Numbered from the stretch's first letter, positions 1-11,472 are shown. The stretch: 64,000 bases of DNA from an uncultured Planctomycetaceae bacterium (GCA_963833985.1 CAWIAD010000001.1:3040001-3104000), one strand, 5' to 3'. Numbers and translations are program-made. The notes: generated by a model from the letters alone, not told the origin.

Positions 1-562
1 CCTCCCGAGCGTCCAGCACCTGCTCGCTCCAGCCGCGGCTCTGATACACCCGCGCCAGGCGCATCGAACGCGGCGCCTCGACGTGGAGCACAACGTCGCA
101 AAGTCGATCCCAGCCGGCTTCCAGCAGAATCGCCGCGTCCAGCACGACGGCCGGCGCCTTGCCCTGTTGGGTCTGGCGGTCAATCAGCTCTTCGAACCGA
201 GCGAACATCCGCGGGTGAACGATGGATTCCAGGTCGCGCAGGGCGTTCCGGTCGGCAAAGACGATGGCTGCCAGTGCCCGGCGATCCACCCGCCCGGTCA
301 GCCCGGCCACACCTGCCGGATGAGCTTCCACGCACGCGCCGAAGCGGTCAATCACCCGGCAGCGAACGTCGGGCTCTTCCAGAACCAGATGGCCAACCAT
401 GTCCGCATCGATGACCACGGCCCCACGCCGCTGGAGCAGGCCCGCCACCTGGCTCTTGCCAGCGCCGATCTCGCCGGTCAAACCGATCACGGGAACCGAA
501 TCGTTTTTCCAACGGCCCGGCAACTCCGTCAACCCGGTCGCTTGGGCAATGGTCGCAGACAT
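1..562 (-). CDS. coaE: Dephospho-CoA kinase (partial, runs off left edge)
   Basis: Manual minus-strand translation from ATG at 562: MSATIAQATGLTELPGRWKNDSVPVIGLTGEIGAGKSQVAGLLQRRGAVVIDADMVGH. Has the IGLTGxIGxGKS P-loop and VIDAD motif; lies downstream of polA. Not in the ORF track. Confidence 0.9.
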   Translation of the reverse strand, partial: MSATIAQATGLTELPGRWKNDSVPVIGLTGEIGAGKSQVAGLLQRRGAVVIDADMVGHLVLEEPDVRCRVIDRFGACVEAHPAGVAGLTGRVDRRALAAIVFADRNALRDLESIVHPRMFARFEELIDRQTQQGKAPAVVLDAAILLEAGWDRLCDVVLHVEAPRSMRLARVYQSRGWSEQVLDARE

Positions 563-1035
563 CGTATTCCTGAATGCAAGCGAGTCGTTCGCCGAGATTG
601 CGCCAGCACGCCCGGTCTGGCTGATCAACGGCCGCGGGCGGCCCGCTCCCTTCATCCCAGGAACCACCGCTCGTTGATCAAGTGAGGCATCGCCGCGTGA
701 ATGACTTCACCCGTGAGATTCGTACGAACTACGGAGATCAGACATTCGCGCCGGGGGCCTCCTGGACAAGGCCATGCGCACGCGTGATCAAGCAGGTGGG
801 GTCCTGGTGGTACTGGGTATCGTCATCTCCCGTCCCGTGCAGTTTTTCAGGGGTAAATTCGCGGGAGGGAAATGATGCGGGTGACGGGTAATCGCCAGTC
901 TCGGCAGCCGATCCGTTTCGATCGATCTCTTATCTTATACGTCATGCAGGCACCGCCTGCAATGGGCCTTCGCACATTTGACTCGAAATATTCAGGCTTC
1001 TCATCGGCACGACACGCCGCCGGCCTTTACCGGTC

Positions 1036-3729
1036 TCAGGCGTCGAGATCCGCGACATCGAGCCAGTTGGGACCGGCCCCGATGTCCACCTTCAAGGGCA
1101 CATCGAGATCGAGCGCCGAGTTCATCTCGAGGCGCACCAGCGCGGCTAGGTCGCCAATTTCCGCCTCGGGCGCCTCGAAGACCAGTTCGTCGTGGATCTG
1201 GAGGATCATTCGCGCCTCCAGCCCCCGTGCGCGGAGACGGGCGTCGATCCTGATCATGGCCATCTTGATGAGGTCGGCGGCGGACCCCTGGATCACGGTA
1301 TTGACGGCGGTGCGTTCCGCGAGGTTGCGGCTGCGGCCGGTGGTGTTCTTGATCCCCGAGATTGGCCGCCGCCGTCCCAGGATCGTTTCCACCTTGCCCG
1401 CGGCGAGCGCGGCCTCGAGTGTCCTGGTGATGAAACGGTCCACACCGGCATACTCGCGGAAGTAGGAGTCGATGAAGCTGGCCGCCTCGGCCTGCGAGAT
1501 GCCCAGGCGGCTGGCCAGGCCGTAGGCGCTCAGGCCGTAGATCACGCCGAAATTCACGGTCTTGGCCACGCGCCGCATCGACCCGTCGACCTGGGACTCC
1601 GGAACGCCGAAGATCCGGGCGGCAACAACGCTGTGAATGTCATGATCCAGCTCGAAGGCGCGCACCAGCGCCGGGTCGGCCGAGAAGTGGGCCAGAATGC
1701 GCAGCTCGATCTGCGAGTAGTCGGCCGTGAGCAGCTTCCACCCCGGACGGGCAATGAAGGCCTGGCGAATCTGCTTCCCCTCCTCGGTGCGCACCGGGAT
1801 GTTCTGGAGGTTCGGGTCACTCGAGCTGAGCCGCCCGGTCGCCGCCACGCTCTGGTTGAACGACGCGTGGATCCGCCCGTCTTCCGGGTGGACCAGAGCG
1901 GGCAGAGCATCGAGGTAGGTGCCCTTGAGCTTGGAGAGCTGGCGATGCCGCAACAGGAGCGCCGGCAGCGGATGCTTGAGGGCCAACTCCTCGAGGACCT
2001 CCTGCGCGGTGCTCTGCTCGCCGCCGGGAGTCTTCTGCACGGTCGGCAGCTTGAGCTTCTCGAAAAGCACCTCGCGGAGCTGAGCGCTGGAGTTGATGTT
2101 GAACGGCCCGCCGGCCTGCTGGTACACCTCGTCCTCCAGGGTCGCGAGCTGCACCGCGAATTCACGCGCGAGCACGCCCAGCCGGTCGCAGTCCACCTTG
2201 ACCCCGACCTGCTCCATCCCCGCCAGGATGGAGATGAGCGGCCGCTCCACGTCCGTGTACAGCTTCCAGAGCCCCTGCGCCTGGACCTGTGGGACGAGAA
2301 TCTCGGCGATCCTCCAGGTGGCGTCGGCGTCCTCGCCGGCATATTCGGCCACGCGGGCCACGTCCACCTGATCCATGCGCAACTGCTTCTTTCCCTTGCC
2401 GATCAGGTCGGTGATGGGAATCATCGCGTGGCCCAGCAGGCGGCTGGAAAGCTGGTCGAGGTTGTGGTTCCGCTCGCCGCTCTCCAGCAGATAGCTCAGC
2501 ACCATCGTGTCCGTGATCGGTCCCGCGATGGACACTCCCGCACGCCCCAGGGCGAGCATGTCGTACTTGATGTTCTGGCCAATTTTTTCCACGGCCGGAT
2601 CCGCCAGGATCGGGCCCAGGGCCTGGAGGACCCGCTCTGGATCGAGCAGCCGGCAATCGATCGGTCCGCGCACGGGGAGATAGTAGGCCTCCCCGCTGTT
2701 CCAGCTGGCGGAGATGCCGACGAGCGATGCGCGCAACGGATCGACATCGGTGGTCTCGGTGTCGATGCAGAAGCGCGGCTGCCGTTTCAGCTCCGCCAGG
2801 AACTGCTCGAGGCGCTCGGGGGTATCCACCACCTGGTAAATGGATTCCCAGGCGGCCGTCTGGTCCGGCTCCTGGGCTTTCAGCTCGTCGATGAAGCGAT
2901 GGAACCCACATTCCATGCAGAGGGATTTGAGAGCCGATGAGTCTGCCGGGTTGACCTTGAGCGTGTCCCAGTCCAGCGGGAGCGCCAGGTCGTCCCTCAG
3001 GGAAACCAGCCGCCGGGCCCGGCGGGCGGTCTCGGCATGCTCGCGCAGGCTTTGCTGCTTCTTGGGCCCCTTCACCTTGTGGACGCTCGCCAGCAGGGTC
3101 TCGAGAGTGTCGAACTCCCTGAGGAAGGCCGCGGCGTACCCGCCGCCGATACCTGGAACGCCTGGCACGTTGTCCACCGAGTCGCCAGTGAGCGCCAGGT
3201 AGTCCACCACCTGGTCGGGGCGGATGCCCCACTCCTTCTGGAGCACCTCCGCGTCGATGAAGGAGTTCTTGCGCAGATTGAGGATCCGCACGTGGTCGGA
3301 GATCAACTGCCGCGCGTCCTTGTCGGCCGTGCAAATCACCACGTCCAGCCCCCGCTCCTCGCCGCGCCGCGCCAGGGTGGCAATGATGTCGTCAGCCTCC
3401 ATCCCCGGCTCGATGAGCACGGGAACGCGGAACCCCTCGAAGACCCGGCGGATCAGCGGGATCTGGGGAACCAGGTCCGGCGGCATCTCCGAGCGGTTGG
3501 CCTTGTATTCGGCATAGATCTCCGACCGGAAGACCGGCCCCGCGCCGTCGAAGGCCGCGGCCAGATAGTCGGGCTTGCGGTCGCGGAGCAGGTTGAGCAT
3601 GTCGCGGAAGATGCCGAAGACCGCCTGGGTGGGCTGGCCGGCCGGCCCGGTCATCTCGGGAATCGCGTGGAAAACCTGGAAGATGAGCGAGAAGGCATCC
3701 AGGATGTAGAACGTGGGTCGCTGCGCCAT
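1036..3729 (-). CDS. polA: DNA polymerase I
   Basis: 897 aa; 5'-3' exonuclease (ILDAFS, EADD, GDSVDNVPGVPGIG), 3'-5' exonuclease (DTETT), polymerase motifs TGRLSSSDPNLQNIP, DYSQIELR, AKTVNFGVIYG, QIHDELVFE. Confidence 0.98.
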   Translation of the reverse strand: MAQRPTFYILDAFSLIFQVFHAIPEMTGPAGQPTQAVFGIFRDMLNLLRDRKPDYLAAAFDGAGPVFRSEIYAEYKANRSEMPPDLVPQIPLIRRVFEGFRVPVLIEPGMEADDIIATLARRGEERGLDVVICTADKDARQLISDHVRILNLRKNSFIDAEVLQKEWGIRPDQVVDYLALTGDSVDNVPGVPGIGGGYAAAFLREFDTLETLLASVHKVKGPKKQQSLREHAETARRARRLVSLRDDLALPLDWDTLKVNPADSSALKSLCMECGFHRFIDELKAQEPDQTAAWESIYQVVDTPERLEQFLAELKRQPRFCIDTETTDVDPLRASLVGISASWNSGEAYYLPVRGPIDCRLLDPERVLQALGPILADPAVEKIGQNIKYDMLALGRAGVSIAGPITDTMVLSYLLESGERNHNLDQLSSRLLGHAMIPITDLIGKGKKQLRMDQVDVARVAEYAGEDADATWRIAEILVPQVQAQGLWKLYTDVERPLISILAGMEQVGVKVDCDRLGVLAREFAVQLATLEDEVYQQAGGPFNINSSAQLREVLFEKLKLPTVQKTPGGEQSTAQEVLEELALKHPLPALLLRHRQLSKLKGTYLDALPALVHPEDGRIHASFNQSVAATGRLSSSDPNLQNIPVRTEEGKQIRQAFIARPGWKLLTADYSQIELRILAHFSADPALVRAFELDHDIHSVVAARIFGVPESQVDGSMRRVAKTVNFGVIYGLSAYGLASRLGISQAEAASFIDSYFREYAGVDRFITRTLEAALAAGKVETILGRRRPISGIKNTTGRSRNLAERTAVNTVIQGSAADLIKMAMIRIDARLRARGLEARMILQIHDELVFEAPEAEIGDLAALVRLEMNSALDLDVPLKVDIGAGPNWLDVADLDA

Positions 3730-4180
3730 GATTCTTCGGGCCAGGCGGCTGGTTCAGTGAGTACCTCATGCCGGACACGAATCTTAACACCCGCCAGCCG
3801 GCCCGGCCATGAGCGCGCGTCGGCAGCGGGCTTGCATCATCCCTCCACCTGTCTTTTCACTGAGGAATTCCGGGAACCGCCGGTCACCGAAATACGTCAA
3901 AGAATCGGCAAGCCTGTCGCGGCCGGGCCATTCATGCTCGCGCCCTGCCTGTCCACGGGCCCGTCGAACGCTCGCGTCGAATCGATTTGATTCCCGGCAT
4001 GGCGGCTTTTACAATCAAATCAACCGTGCCGTATCTATCGAAGAAACGAGCCGGGCGCCACGGCCCAATTGCTTTTTTCCAGGCCCGTTTCCTCGCGACC
4101 TCTCTCATGTGACATATTTCTACAACCGGCGGACCGCAACAGCAGGTCGCTACCGCTCTGCCCGGAGGGAGTCATGACCC

Positions 4181-5815
4181 ATGGCCGCAGCTAATGATTC
4201 GCAAGGGCTGAAGATTGCCGTCGCCGCGTTCGTGGTTCTCACGGTGGCCCTGGCAGTCACGTCGTATTTCCTGTACTCGTCGTATTCACGCAGCGAGGCG
4301 CAACTCGAGGCCGAGCGAGACAAATCAAGCAAGGCGCAACGGGCGGCCAGCGACGCGGTGAACCAGTACGATGAGTTCCGCAAGCTTGCTGGCGCGCACG
4401 CCGAGGAGTTTGACCCGGCAAAGGCCGAGGTGGCGACCTTCTTCAAGAAGAACAGCGACCGGATCACCAACCTGGCCAGCGCCGTGAATGCGGCGATCCA
4501 GAAGGCTCAGCAGGCCGGCGCCGATGCCAAGGAGCTGGAAGACGCCCGGGCACGCGTGCAGACGATCATCAACTCCTACCAGAGCGAACCCAACAAGAAC
4601 TTCCTGTCCACCATCGACCGGCTCACCGAGCTACTCGAAAACGTGAGCTTGCTGAGCACCGAGATGAGCGTCAATTACCTGGGCCTGCGGAAGAGCCTGG
4701 AATCGACCACCACCGTGGCCAAGCAGGCCAACGACGTCGAGGCCAAGGCCGCCGCCGACAGCAAGGCCGAGCTCGAGGCCGAACACACCAAGCACGAGCA
4801 GGCACGGCAAGAATTGCTCACCAAGGTGGACCAGCTCCAGACCGACAACGACAAGAAGGCCACCCAGATCGCCAACCTCGAGAGTGATAACCGGAAGCTG
4901 CGGGAAGATTACGATCGCAAGCTCGAGCTAGCCAATTCCATCATCCGCGAGAAACAGGACATTCTCGACAAGAGCGAGAACGTGCTGGACCGGCCCGACG
5001 GCTACGTCACCTTCGTGGATGAAACACGCAATGAGGTTCAGGTGAACCTGAACCGCCGCCAGGGTGCCCGCCCGCAGATGAAATTCACCATCTTCAGCGC
5101 CAACTCTCCCGGGATTCCGACCGAGAAGCCCAAGGGGAACATCCAGCTCATCCAGGTCGGCGAGCAGTACAGCGTGGGTCACATCGACAAGGTGATCAGC
5201 GACATCGACCCCATCCGCGTGGGCGACATCGTCTACTCACCGGCGTGGTCTCCCGAGGAGCCCATGCGGTTCGCACTCATCGGCAAGATTGACGTGAACC
5301 GCGACGGCAAGGACGATCGCGAGGAGCTCAAGCGGATGATCCAGGAGGGTGGCGGCGTGATCGACTACGACCTCCCCCCGCCCAACTCGGGCAAGGAGTC
5401 CGGCAAGCTCACCGCCCGTATCGCCTGGTACGTGACCGACGAGCGGATGCCTCTCCGCGCGGTCTTCGACACCCGCAGCGACGCGGGCATCGCCGCCCAG
5501 AGCCTGTTCGATAAGAAACGCGGACAGGCCATCAAGGAGGCACGCGCGGAGGGCATTCGACCCATGCCGATCGGCCGCCTGCTGGCTTACCTGGGCTACG
5601 ACCTGGGCACGCCCGTGATCGGCCGCACCGAGGCGGTCAATACCGACGCACTGCGGCGCCTGCTGCTGCCGCGCAAGAGGTTCGAGGCCACCAAGCCCGA
5701 GACCGATGCCACCAAGGCCGGCACTCCTGCTGATGCCGCCAAGCCCGAGGCCGACGCCGACGCCGCCAAGCCCGAGGCCGATGCGGCCAAGCCCGATGAG
5801 GACCCGAAATCCTGA
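4181..5815 (+). CDS. Hypothetical membrane-anchored coiled-coil protein with possible BRCT-like C-terminal segment
   Basis: 544 aa; N-terminal TM helix, ~230 aa helical/coiled-coil region, beta-rich segment, RFALIGKID..ELKRMIQEGGGVID segment, low-complexity AAKPEADA tail; strong coding bias. Confidence 0.75.
   Translation: MAAANDSQGLKIAVAAFVVLTVALAVTSYFLYSSYSRSEAQLEAERDKSSKAQRAASDAVNQYDEFRKLAGAHAEEFDPAKAEVATFFKKNSDRITNLASAVNAAIQKAQQAGADAKELEDARARVQTIINSYQSEPNKNFLSTIDRLTELLENVSLLSTEMSVNYLGLRKSLESTTTVAKQANDVEAKAAADSKAELEAEHTKHEQARQELLTKVDQLQTDNDKKATQIANLESDNRKLREDYDRKLELANSIIREKQDILDKSENVLDRPDGYVTFVDETRNEVQVNLNRRQGARPQMKFTIFSANSPGIPTEKPKGNIQLIQVGEQYSVGHIDKVISDIDPIRVGDIVYSPAWSPEEPMRFALIGKIDVNRDGKDDREELKRMIQEGGGVIDYDLPPPNSGKESGKLTARIAWYVTDERMPLRAVFDTRSDAGIAAQSLFDKKRGQAIKEARAEGIRPMPIGRLLAYLGYDLGTPVIGRTEAVNTDALRRLLLPRKRFEATKPETDATKAGTPADAAKPEADADAAKPEADAAKPDEDPKS
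5689..5800 (+). repeat. Imperfect coding repeat (A/T)KPE(A/T)DA
   Basis: Recurring gccaagcccgaggccga units in the C-terminal tail of 4181..5815. Confidence 0.7.
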
Positions 5816-5950
5816 CGCGCGCCGGGGCTGGGGCGAACAGACGCCCCAGCCCGCAACGCAGCGCCGCCTGGCCGAACCCCGCAGCCTGTTTCCCCGCCCG
5901 ACCGCGCGCGGCCTTGCCACGGTGGTGTTGTCTCGGTTCCGGAGGGGCTT

Positions 5951-7096
5951 TTACCGCTCCGGATCACGGCTTGCTCGACGTGTCGGGCCAATGTAACGGC
6001 CGCGAGGACGCATCAGCCGGTTATGGTCGATTTGCTCGATGCAGTGGGCCGACCAGCCGACGACCCGCGCCATCGCAAAGATCGGCGTGTACAGCCGCAC
6101 CGGCAGGCCGATGTAGTGATACAGCCGGGCGCTCGGCCAGTCCACGTTCGGCGGCAAGGTCCTGCGCTCCCGAACGGCCCCCTCGATCGTCGCCGCGATC
6201 TCCTCCCAGCGCTCCTGGTGCAGCTCGGCAGCGAGTCTGCGGCAAAACATCTTGAGGATCGCAGCGCGGGGATCAGATCGCTTGTACACGCGATGGCCAA
6301 AACCCATGATCCGCTGGTGCTGATCGAGTGCGCGGTGGACCCAGCGGTCGGCATTCTCCGGGGTTCCCACACTCTCCATCACACCCCAGGCTTCCTCGTT
6401 CGCGCCGCCGTGCAGGGATCCCTTGAGCGCTCCGATCGCCGCCACGACGCCCGATGCCAGGTCCGACATCGTGGATACCGTCACCCGGGCTGCGAACGTC
6501 GAGGCGTTGAATTCGTGTTCGGCGTAGAGCACCAGTGAGCCGTCGAAGGCCTGGTGCACAAGCGCGGTCGGGACCTTACCCGTGGCCATGAACAGGAAGT
6601 TTGCCGCGTGATCGAGCTCCGGATCCGGGGCGAGCGCAGGAAGCCCCGCGGCGATTCGCTCACGCGCGGCAACCGCCGTGGCCATCCGGGCGATCAGCCG
6701 CTCTGCCTTGCGGACGTTCGCCGCATGGTCCGCGGGGTCGGAGCCGGCTTCGGGATCGAAATGCGAGAGCACGCTCACGGACGTCCGCAGTACATCCATG
6801 GGGCGGACGTGCGGTGGAATCATCCGCATCAGCTCGAGCAATGGCTCCGGAAGCTCTCTCCAGCCTCGAAGGCGGGCATCGAACGCAGCAAGCTGCCGTT
6901 CATCGGGCAGATCGCCGTGCAAGAGCAGGAAAGCGGCTTGCTCGAAGCTCACCTGGCCGGCAAGGTCCTCAATGCGGTAGCCACGGTACTCGAGAATCCC
7001 GGTGCCCTCGCGCTCCTCGATGTTGGAGATCGCCGTGTCGGCGGCGATCACGCCTTCCAGCCCCGGGTAATATCGATCGATCACGGGCTCGGGCAT
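5951..7096 (-). CDS. Citrate synthase / 2-methylcitrate synthase family protein
   Basis: Start MPEPVIDRYYPGLEGVIA; motifs LEYRGY, YAEHEFNASTF, LKGSLHGGANE, IMGFGHRVYK, PNVDW, IFAMARVVGWSAH. Confidence 0.92.
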   Translation of the reverse strand: MPEPVIDRYYPGLEGVIAADTAISNIEEREGTGILEYRGYRIEDLAGQVSFEQAAFLLLHGDLPDERQLAAFDARLRGWRELPEPLLELMRMIPPHVRPMDVLRTSVSVLSHFDPEAGSDPADHAANVRKAERLIARMATAVAARERIAAGLPALAPDPELDHAANFLFMATGKVPTALVHQAFDGSLVLYAEHEFNASTFAARVTVSTMSDLASGVVAAIGALKGSLHGGANEEAWGVMESVGTPENADRWVHRALDQHQRIMGFGHRVYKRSDPRAAILKMFCRRLAAELHQERWEEIAATIEGAVRERRTLPPNVDWPSARLYHYIGLPVRLYTPIFAMARVVGWSAHCIEQIDHNRLMRPRGRYIGPTRRASRDPER

Positions 7097-7577
7097 TCCA
7101 GACCTCCAGCCAGAACGACGGCGTTGGCAATCTGAAGCGGCCGCGAGTTGCTCCAGCGGCACGCGCACTCCTGCGTCCCGGCGCAGCCGCCGGTGGGCCG
7201 TACGTCTCGGCCTTCTCGTCTCCAAGCCTACACCATTCCCCACCCATCAAGGATGAGGAAGTCCTTGCAAGGAAGGCAAGGCGCAAGCGGGCGTGCTCAG
7301 AAAGTACAGCCCGGAGGAAACCGGCAGGAAATGTGGAATGTGCTCGGGAATCCCATCGAAACACAACCGGCGGGGACAGGGCTACACCTTGCGGTGAGCC
7401 CAGCCCCGGCCGGGCACGCCCTGAACAGGCCTCGCCACCGAGGCGAGTGTCCACGCCTTCCGCCCAAAGGTGCGCAGACAGCCTGCCCAGTCGTCTCCTT
7501 GATGTCCTCGCGGAGCCGGATCCCTGGCCTGACGACCTTGTTTTAGTCTCTGGAAGTGCATCGAAAAGGGGGGGTGA

Positions 7578-8171
7578 TCAGGTTTGATCGCGAAGAGCTT
7601 CGCCGTCAGCCCGATCCGGTGCGTCGCCTTGCAACAATGCACCCAGGTCAGCCATCTCGCGCGGGTCCAGGGCGAGCAGGCGGATGGCCACCGAGTCAAT
7701 CAGTGCGAAGAACTGGCGCAGGGACTCGACGCGGGACTTGAGATCGCGCAGGGCAGGGTCGGTCTCCGCCAGCCGGCTGATATGATCCAGGACTCCCAGC
7801 GTAGGATCCAGTTCACGTCGCTTGCGTTCCTTCAAGATGCGCCGGAACAGCGTCCAGACATCGGCTTCGGCGCGGTAGAGCTCGCGGCGTTCACCCGGGC
7901 GGTGGAGCTTGCGGACCACGCCCCAGGCCAGGAGCTCGCGGAGGTTCATGCTCACGTTCCCGCGCGAAACTCGTAGCCAGGCCCGCAGTTCCTCGGCCGT
8001 CCAGTCGGTGCCCGTGATATAGAGGAGCGCGAAGATCTCTCCCATGGTGGGGTTGATGCCCCAGGTGCGGGCCATCATTCCCCAGTGTTCCACGAACTGC
8101 CGCACCAGGGGCTGGGGCGAGCTCCCATCGGCCGGGCCATCCGGAAGGGGATCCACGCGCGGGTCATCCAT
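7578..8171 (-). CDS. GbsR/MarR-family transcriptional regulator
   Basis: FVEHWGMMARTWGINPTMGEIFALLY..SRGNVSMNLRELLAWGVV..GERRELYRAE, a typical GbsR-type winged helix. Confidence 0.88.
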   Translation of the reverse strand: MDDPRVDPLPDGPADGSSPQPLVRQFVEHWGMMARTWGINPTMGEIFALLYITGTDWTAEELRAWLRVSRGNVSMNLRELLAWGVVRKLHRPGERRELYRAEADVWTLFRRILKERKRRELDPTLGVLDHISRLAETDPALRDLKSRVESLRQFFALIDSVAIRLLALDPREMADLGALLQGDAPDRADGEALRDQT

Positions 8172-8652
8172 AATTCAATGCCTGCCTCGTCATCATGACG
8201 GATTTCGCCGGAAAAAAGCATGCCGCGGCACCAACCGCGATCACATCGCCAGGCAGGGGCCGCGAAGGTCCCGCGCCACGCCGCGAATTCAGGCTGGACA
8301 CAACTTGTGGTGTTTATTCAGGCAACCGTGCCGGAATCCAATCATCAATCCGAGGGTCCTTGGTTCGATTGCTCCACAGCATCGCGTGCTGGCGGGCCCA
8401 CCGGCAGTCCAGCCGACAAAACGATGTCGCACCGCACACTCACTGCTTGCAAGTTGGATTTGAGTGCACACAATGGGGTGCCAGTCAGACGGTATCATTT
8501 CATCGGGAATAATGAAAGTTCTCGCACGGTTTCGGGTAAGATGGTAGGTATGTCTTGCTTGCCGAGAACTGATCAGGACTTGAGGCTTTGGTATTCGACG
8601 TGCTGATCAGGTCTGGCGGTTTGTCTTTTCACGCTGTTGAGGAGCCAGTTCC

Positions 8653-8814
8653 ATGCCTGAGACAGTCGTCCACTTCCAGATTCGCATGCCACCCGTGTTG
8701 CACGAGCAACTCGCGAGCTGGGCGAAAGAGGATAAAGCATCTCTCAACGCCTTGATCGTGGGAATTCTCGAAAAGGCGATCGAGCAGCACGAGAAAGCTG
8801 TCCGCACGGCCTGA
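8653..8814 (+). CDS. Small Arc/ribbon-helix-helix DNA-binding protein (53 aa)
   Basis: RBS GAGGAG then ATG; MPETVVHFQIRMPPVLHEQLASWAKEDKASLNALIVGILEKAIEQHEKAVRTA fits the Arc pattern FxxRxP..L...A......SxN.LI..L. Below the ORF-track size cutoff. Confidence 0.85.
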   Translation: MPETVVHFQIRMPPVLHEQLASWAKEDKASLNALIVGILEKAIEQHEKAVRTA

Positions 8815-8984
8815 GACCAGGCGGGTTCTGACGGCTGCCTTGAGATATGCGATACGACACTGCGGCAGGTCCGTGGCGGATTGATCCCAGGGACACCGGG
8901 GCGTTCCGGGTTCTCTCCACGGCTTTCCTTGCCTTTGTTTGCCCTTGAGGACGGCATCGCCCGGCGGTACGATGGGGCGTCGAT

Positions 8985-9057
8985 TCCCCGATAGCTCAAT
9001 CGGTAGAGCGAGCGGCTGTTAACCGCTAGGTTCAAGGTTCGAGTCCTTGTCGGGGAG
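8985..9057 (+). tRNA. tRNA-Asn(GTT)
   Basis: Acceptor stem TCCCCGA/TCGGGGA, D-arm GCTC-AATCGGTA-GAGC, anticodon arm AGCGG-CT-GTT-AA-CCGCT, T-arm with GGTTCGAGTCC; CCA not encoded. Confidence 0.97.
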
Positions 9058-9342
9058 CTTCCGACCCTTCCCGCATCGCCGGGCTGTGCCCCACGGGCTC
9101 CTGATCATCGCGGCGACAAGACCAAACCCGGCGCAGGGAGCCTCGCGGGGTTTCCTGGCCTGTCGCGGGTCATCACCAGACACGTCATACTGCCGCTCGG
9201 GGTGCGTGAGTGCTCACAATGGAGCAAATGCCTGCGCATCTGTGCCGCCGAGCGACATCCAGTTCATAGGCTCGCGCTCTCAGACAACATCCGCGGGTGA
9301 TTGCCCAGTTCTTTGCAAGCTGGCAGTTTTCTCCTTCCCACC

Positions 9343-11472
9343 TCATTTTTTTGAGCCGACGGGTTTGCCGCGCTCCGTGACCAGGATGATCATGGAGTGG
9401 TCCTGTACCCGGTACGAATGAAGGACAGGGATCGGTGCGTCCTGGGGTTTCTCCAGAAAATCTTCGGGCGTGGGCAGGGCCGTGTCGACGACCCTGTACC
9501 AGGGCCGGCCCGTGGGTGAGGCGGGGATTTGAAAATCGAGAGGGCGTGAGCCGCTATTCATGGCAACATAGAGGTCGGAGTCGATCCCGCCGTCACGTTC
9601 CGCGGCCCGCCCATCGAGAGCGAATGCCAGGGCGACGCTGGACGAGGAAAAATCGGGTTCCGCGGCTTTCACTCCGTGCCAGAGTATCTCCGGCAGCGCG
9701 TCGCCTGACTGGAAAAACGAGCGCCGGCGTAGCACGGGGTGCTCCTTGCGCAAGGCGATCATGTTTCGCACGAAGCGCAGGAAGCCCAGATTGCGCTCCT
9801 GGAGCGCCCAGTCTATCCAGCTCGTCTTGTTGTCCTGGCACCATGCGTTGTTGTTGCCGTTCTGGGTGCGGAGGAACTCGTCGCCGCCCAGGATCATGGG
9901 TACGCCCTGTGAGATCAACAGCGTGGCCATCAGGTTCCGCACCTGCCGGGCGCGGAGGCGGTTCACGGTCCGATCCTGGGTCGGCCCCTCGGCCCCACAG
10001 TTCCAGCTAAAATTCGCGCTATTCCCGTCCCGGTTTCCTTCGCCGTTGGCCTCGTTGTGCTTGTGGTGATAGGAAACCAGGTCGTTGAGCGTGAACCCAT
10101 CGTGGCAGCAAATGAAGTTGATCGAATGCAATGGCCCCCGACCGGCATAAAGATCGTCGCTGCCGCAGATTCGCGTGGCCAGGGCGGAGGTCATCCCCGG
10201 CTCGCCGCTCCAGAACCGGCGGACATCGTCGCGGTAGCGGCCATTCCAGTCGGACCAGCGAGCACCACCGGGAAACGTGCCGACCTGGTATAGCCCGGCC
10301 GCATCCCAGGGTTCGGCGATGAGCTTGCTGCCGTACAGCAGCGAGTCCTCGGAGATCCGGATCACGGCCGGGGGATTGACAACCACGTTGCCGCGGCGGT
10401 CGCGTCCGAACACGGAGGCGAGATCGAACCGGAACCCATCAACCCCGGCCGCGGCGACCCAGTTTCTCAGGCAGGCGATCAGGTAGTTACGGACGACGGG
10501 GTGATCGCTGTTGAAGGTGTTGCCGCAGCCCGAATAATTGAGATAGCGGCCCTCGTCGTCCAGCATGTAATAGAGCGAGTTGTCCAGGCCGCGGAAACTG
10601 TAGGTCGGCCCGCTTTCACTCCCTTCGGCCGTGTGGTTGAAGACGATGTCGAGAATCACCTCGAGGCCGCGCCGATGGCACGATGCAACCAGTTCGCAGA
10701 ATTCATGCCAGGGCTCTGACCGCTCCGGGTACTGAGCATATGCCGATTTCGGCGTGCCGAACGACATCGGGTTGTAGCCCCAGTAATTCTTGAGCTGCTC
10801 CCCTGTGAACGGGTTGACGAACGGGCAACCATTCTCGTCGAACTCGTCCACCGGCAGCAACTCGACCGCCGTGATTCCCAGCCACTTCAGATAGTCGATC
10901 TTCTCCGCGAGCCCTGCATAGGTTCCAGGATGCCGCACCTGGGAAGAGGGGTCGATGGTGTAGCCCCGGACATGAAGCTCGTAGATGATCGTATCTTCGA
11001 GCGGGATCCGGGGATTGAGGATCCCCTCGCGTTCGGCCATCGATTCGTTCATCAGGCTGCGCCGCGGGGGGTCTCCCGGAGCGCCCCAGGGCCGGCCGCA
11101 GGAAAGCGCCCGGGAATAGGGATCGAGCAGGATATTCCGCGGATCGAAGCGATGCCCGCGATCCCGGGGCCCCTCCACGCGGTATCCGTAGCAGAACTCC
11201 TCGGGGAGGCCGTCCACGCGGATGTGCCAGTGATCTCCGGTCCGGTTGTAGAGATCGTCGAGTGGGATCTCGGTGAGGATCTTGCTGTCACACGGCTCCG
11301 AGAGCACCAGCCAGACCGCCGTGCCGTGCCGGCAGATCAGCGAGAAATTCACCCCGCCGGGCATCGGGTTGGCACCCATGGGCAGCGGGCTGCCTCGACC
11401 CACGATGAGGATCCGGTCGCGATAGGTGTATTCCGTTTTGAAGGGCTGCCGCGTTGCAGTCTGCATGATCAT
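9343..11472 (-). CDS. glgX: Glycogen debranching enzyme (GH13 isoamylase)
   Basis: [66 protein letters not shown]. Start 11472 or 11466. Confidence 0.95.
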   Translation of the reverse strand: MIMQTATRQPFKTEYTYRDRILIVGRGSPLPMGANPMPGGVNFSLICRHGTAVWLVLSEPCDSKILTEIPLDDLYNRTGDHWHIRVDGLPEEFCYGYRVEGPRDRGHRFDPRNILLDPYSRALSCGRPWGAPGDPPRRSLMNESMAEREGILNPRIPLEDTIIYELHVRGYTIDPSSQVRHPGTYAGLAEKIDYLKWLGITAVELLPVDEFDENGCPFVNPFTGEQLKNYWGYNPMSFGTPKSAYAQYPERSEPWHEFCELVASCHRRGLEVILDIVFNHTAEGSESGPTYSFRGLDNSLYYMLDDEGRYLNYSGCGNTFNSDHPVVRNYLIACLRNWVAAAGVDGFRFDLASVFGRDRRGNVVVNPPAVIRISEDSLLYGSKLIAEPWDAAGLYQVGTFPGGARWSDWNGRYRDDVRRFWSGEPGMTSALATRICGSDDLYAGRGPLHSINFICCHDGFTLNDLVSYHHKHNEANGEGNRDGNSANFSWNCGAEGPTQDRTVNRLRARQVRNLMATLLISQGVPMILGGDEFLRTQNGNNNAWCQDNKTSWIDWALQERNLGFLRFVRNMIALRKEHPVLRRRSFFQSGDALPEILWHGVKAAEPDFSSSSVALAFALDGRAAERDGGIDSDLYVAMNSGSRPLDFQIPASPTGRPWYRVVDTALPTPEDFLEKPQDAPIPVLHSYRVQDHSMIILVTERGKPVGSKK

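Noticed and set aside
83..3990. Long antisense ORFs (e.g. 83..685, 1192..2940; similarly 30217..31821 and 58022..60337)
   Set aside because: Shadow ORFs opposite real genes, expected in high-GC DNA; no motifs.
8985..9340. tRNA-Asn as an integration site for an island or prophage
   Set aside because: No integrase next to it and no repeat of the tRNA 3' end noticed in the window.
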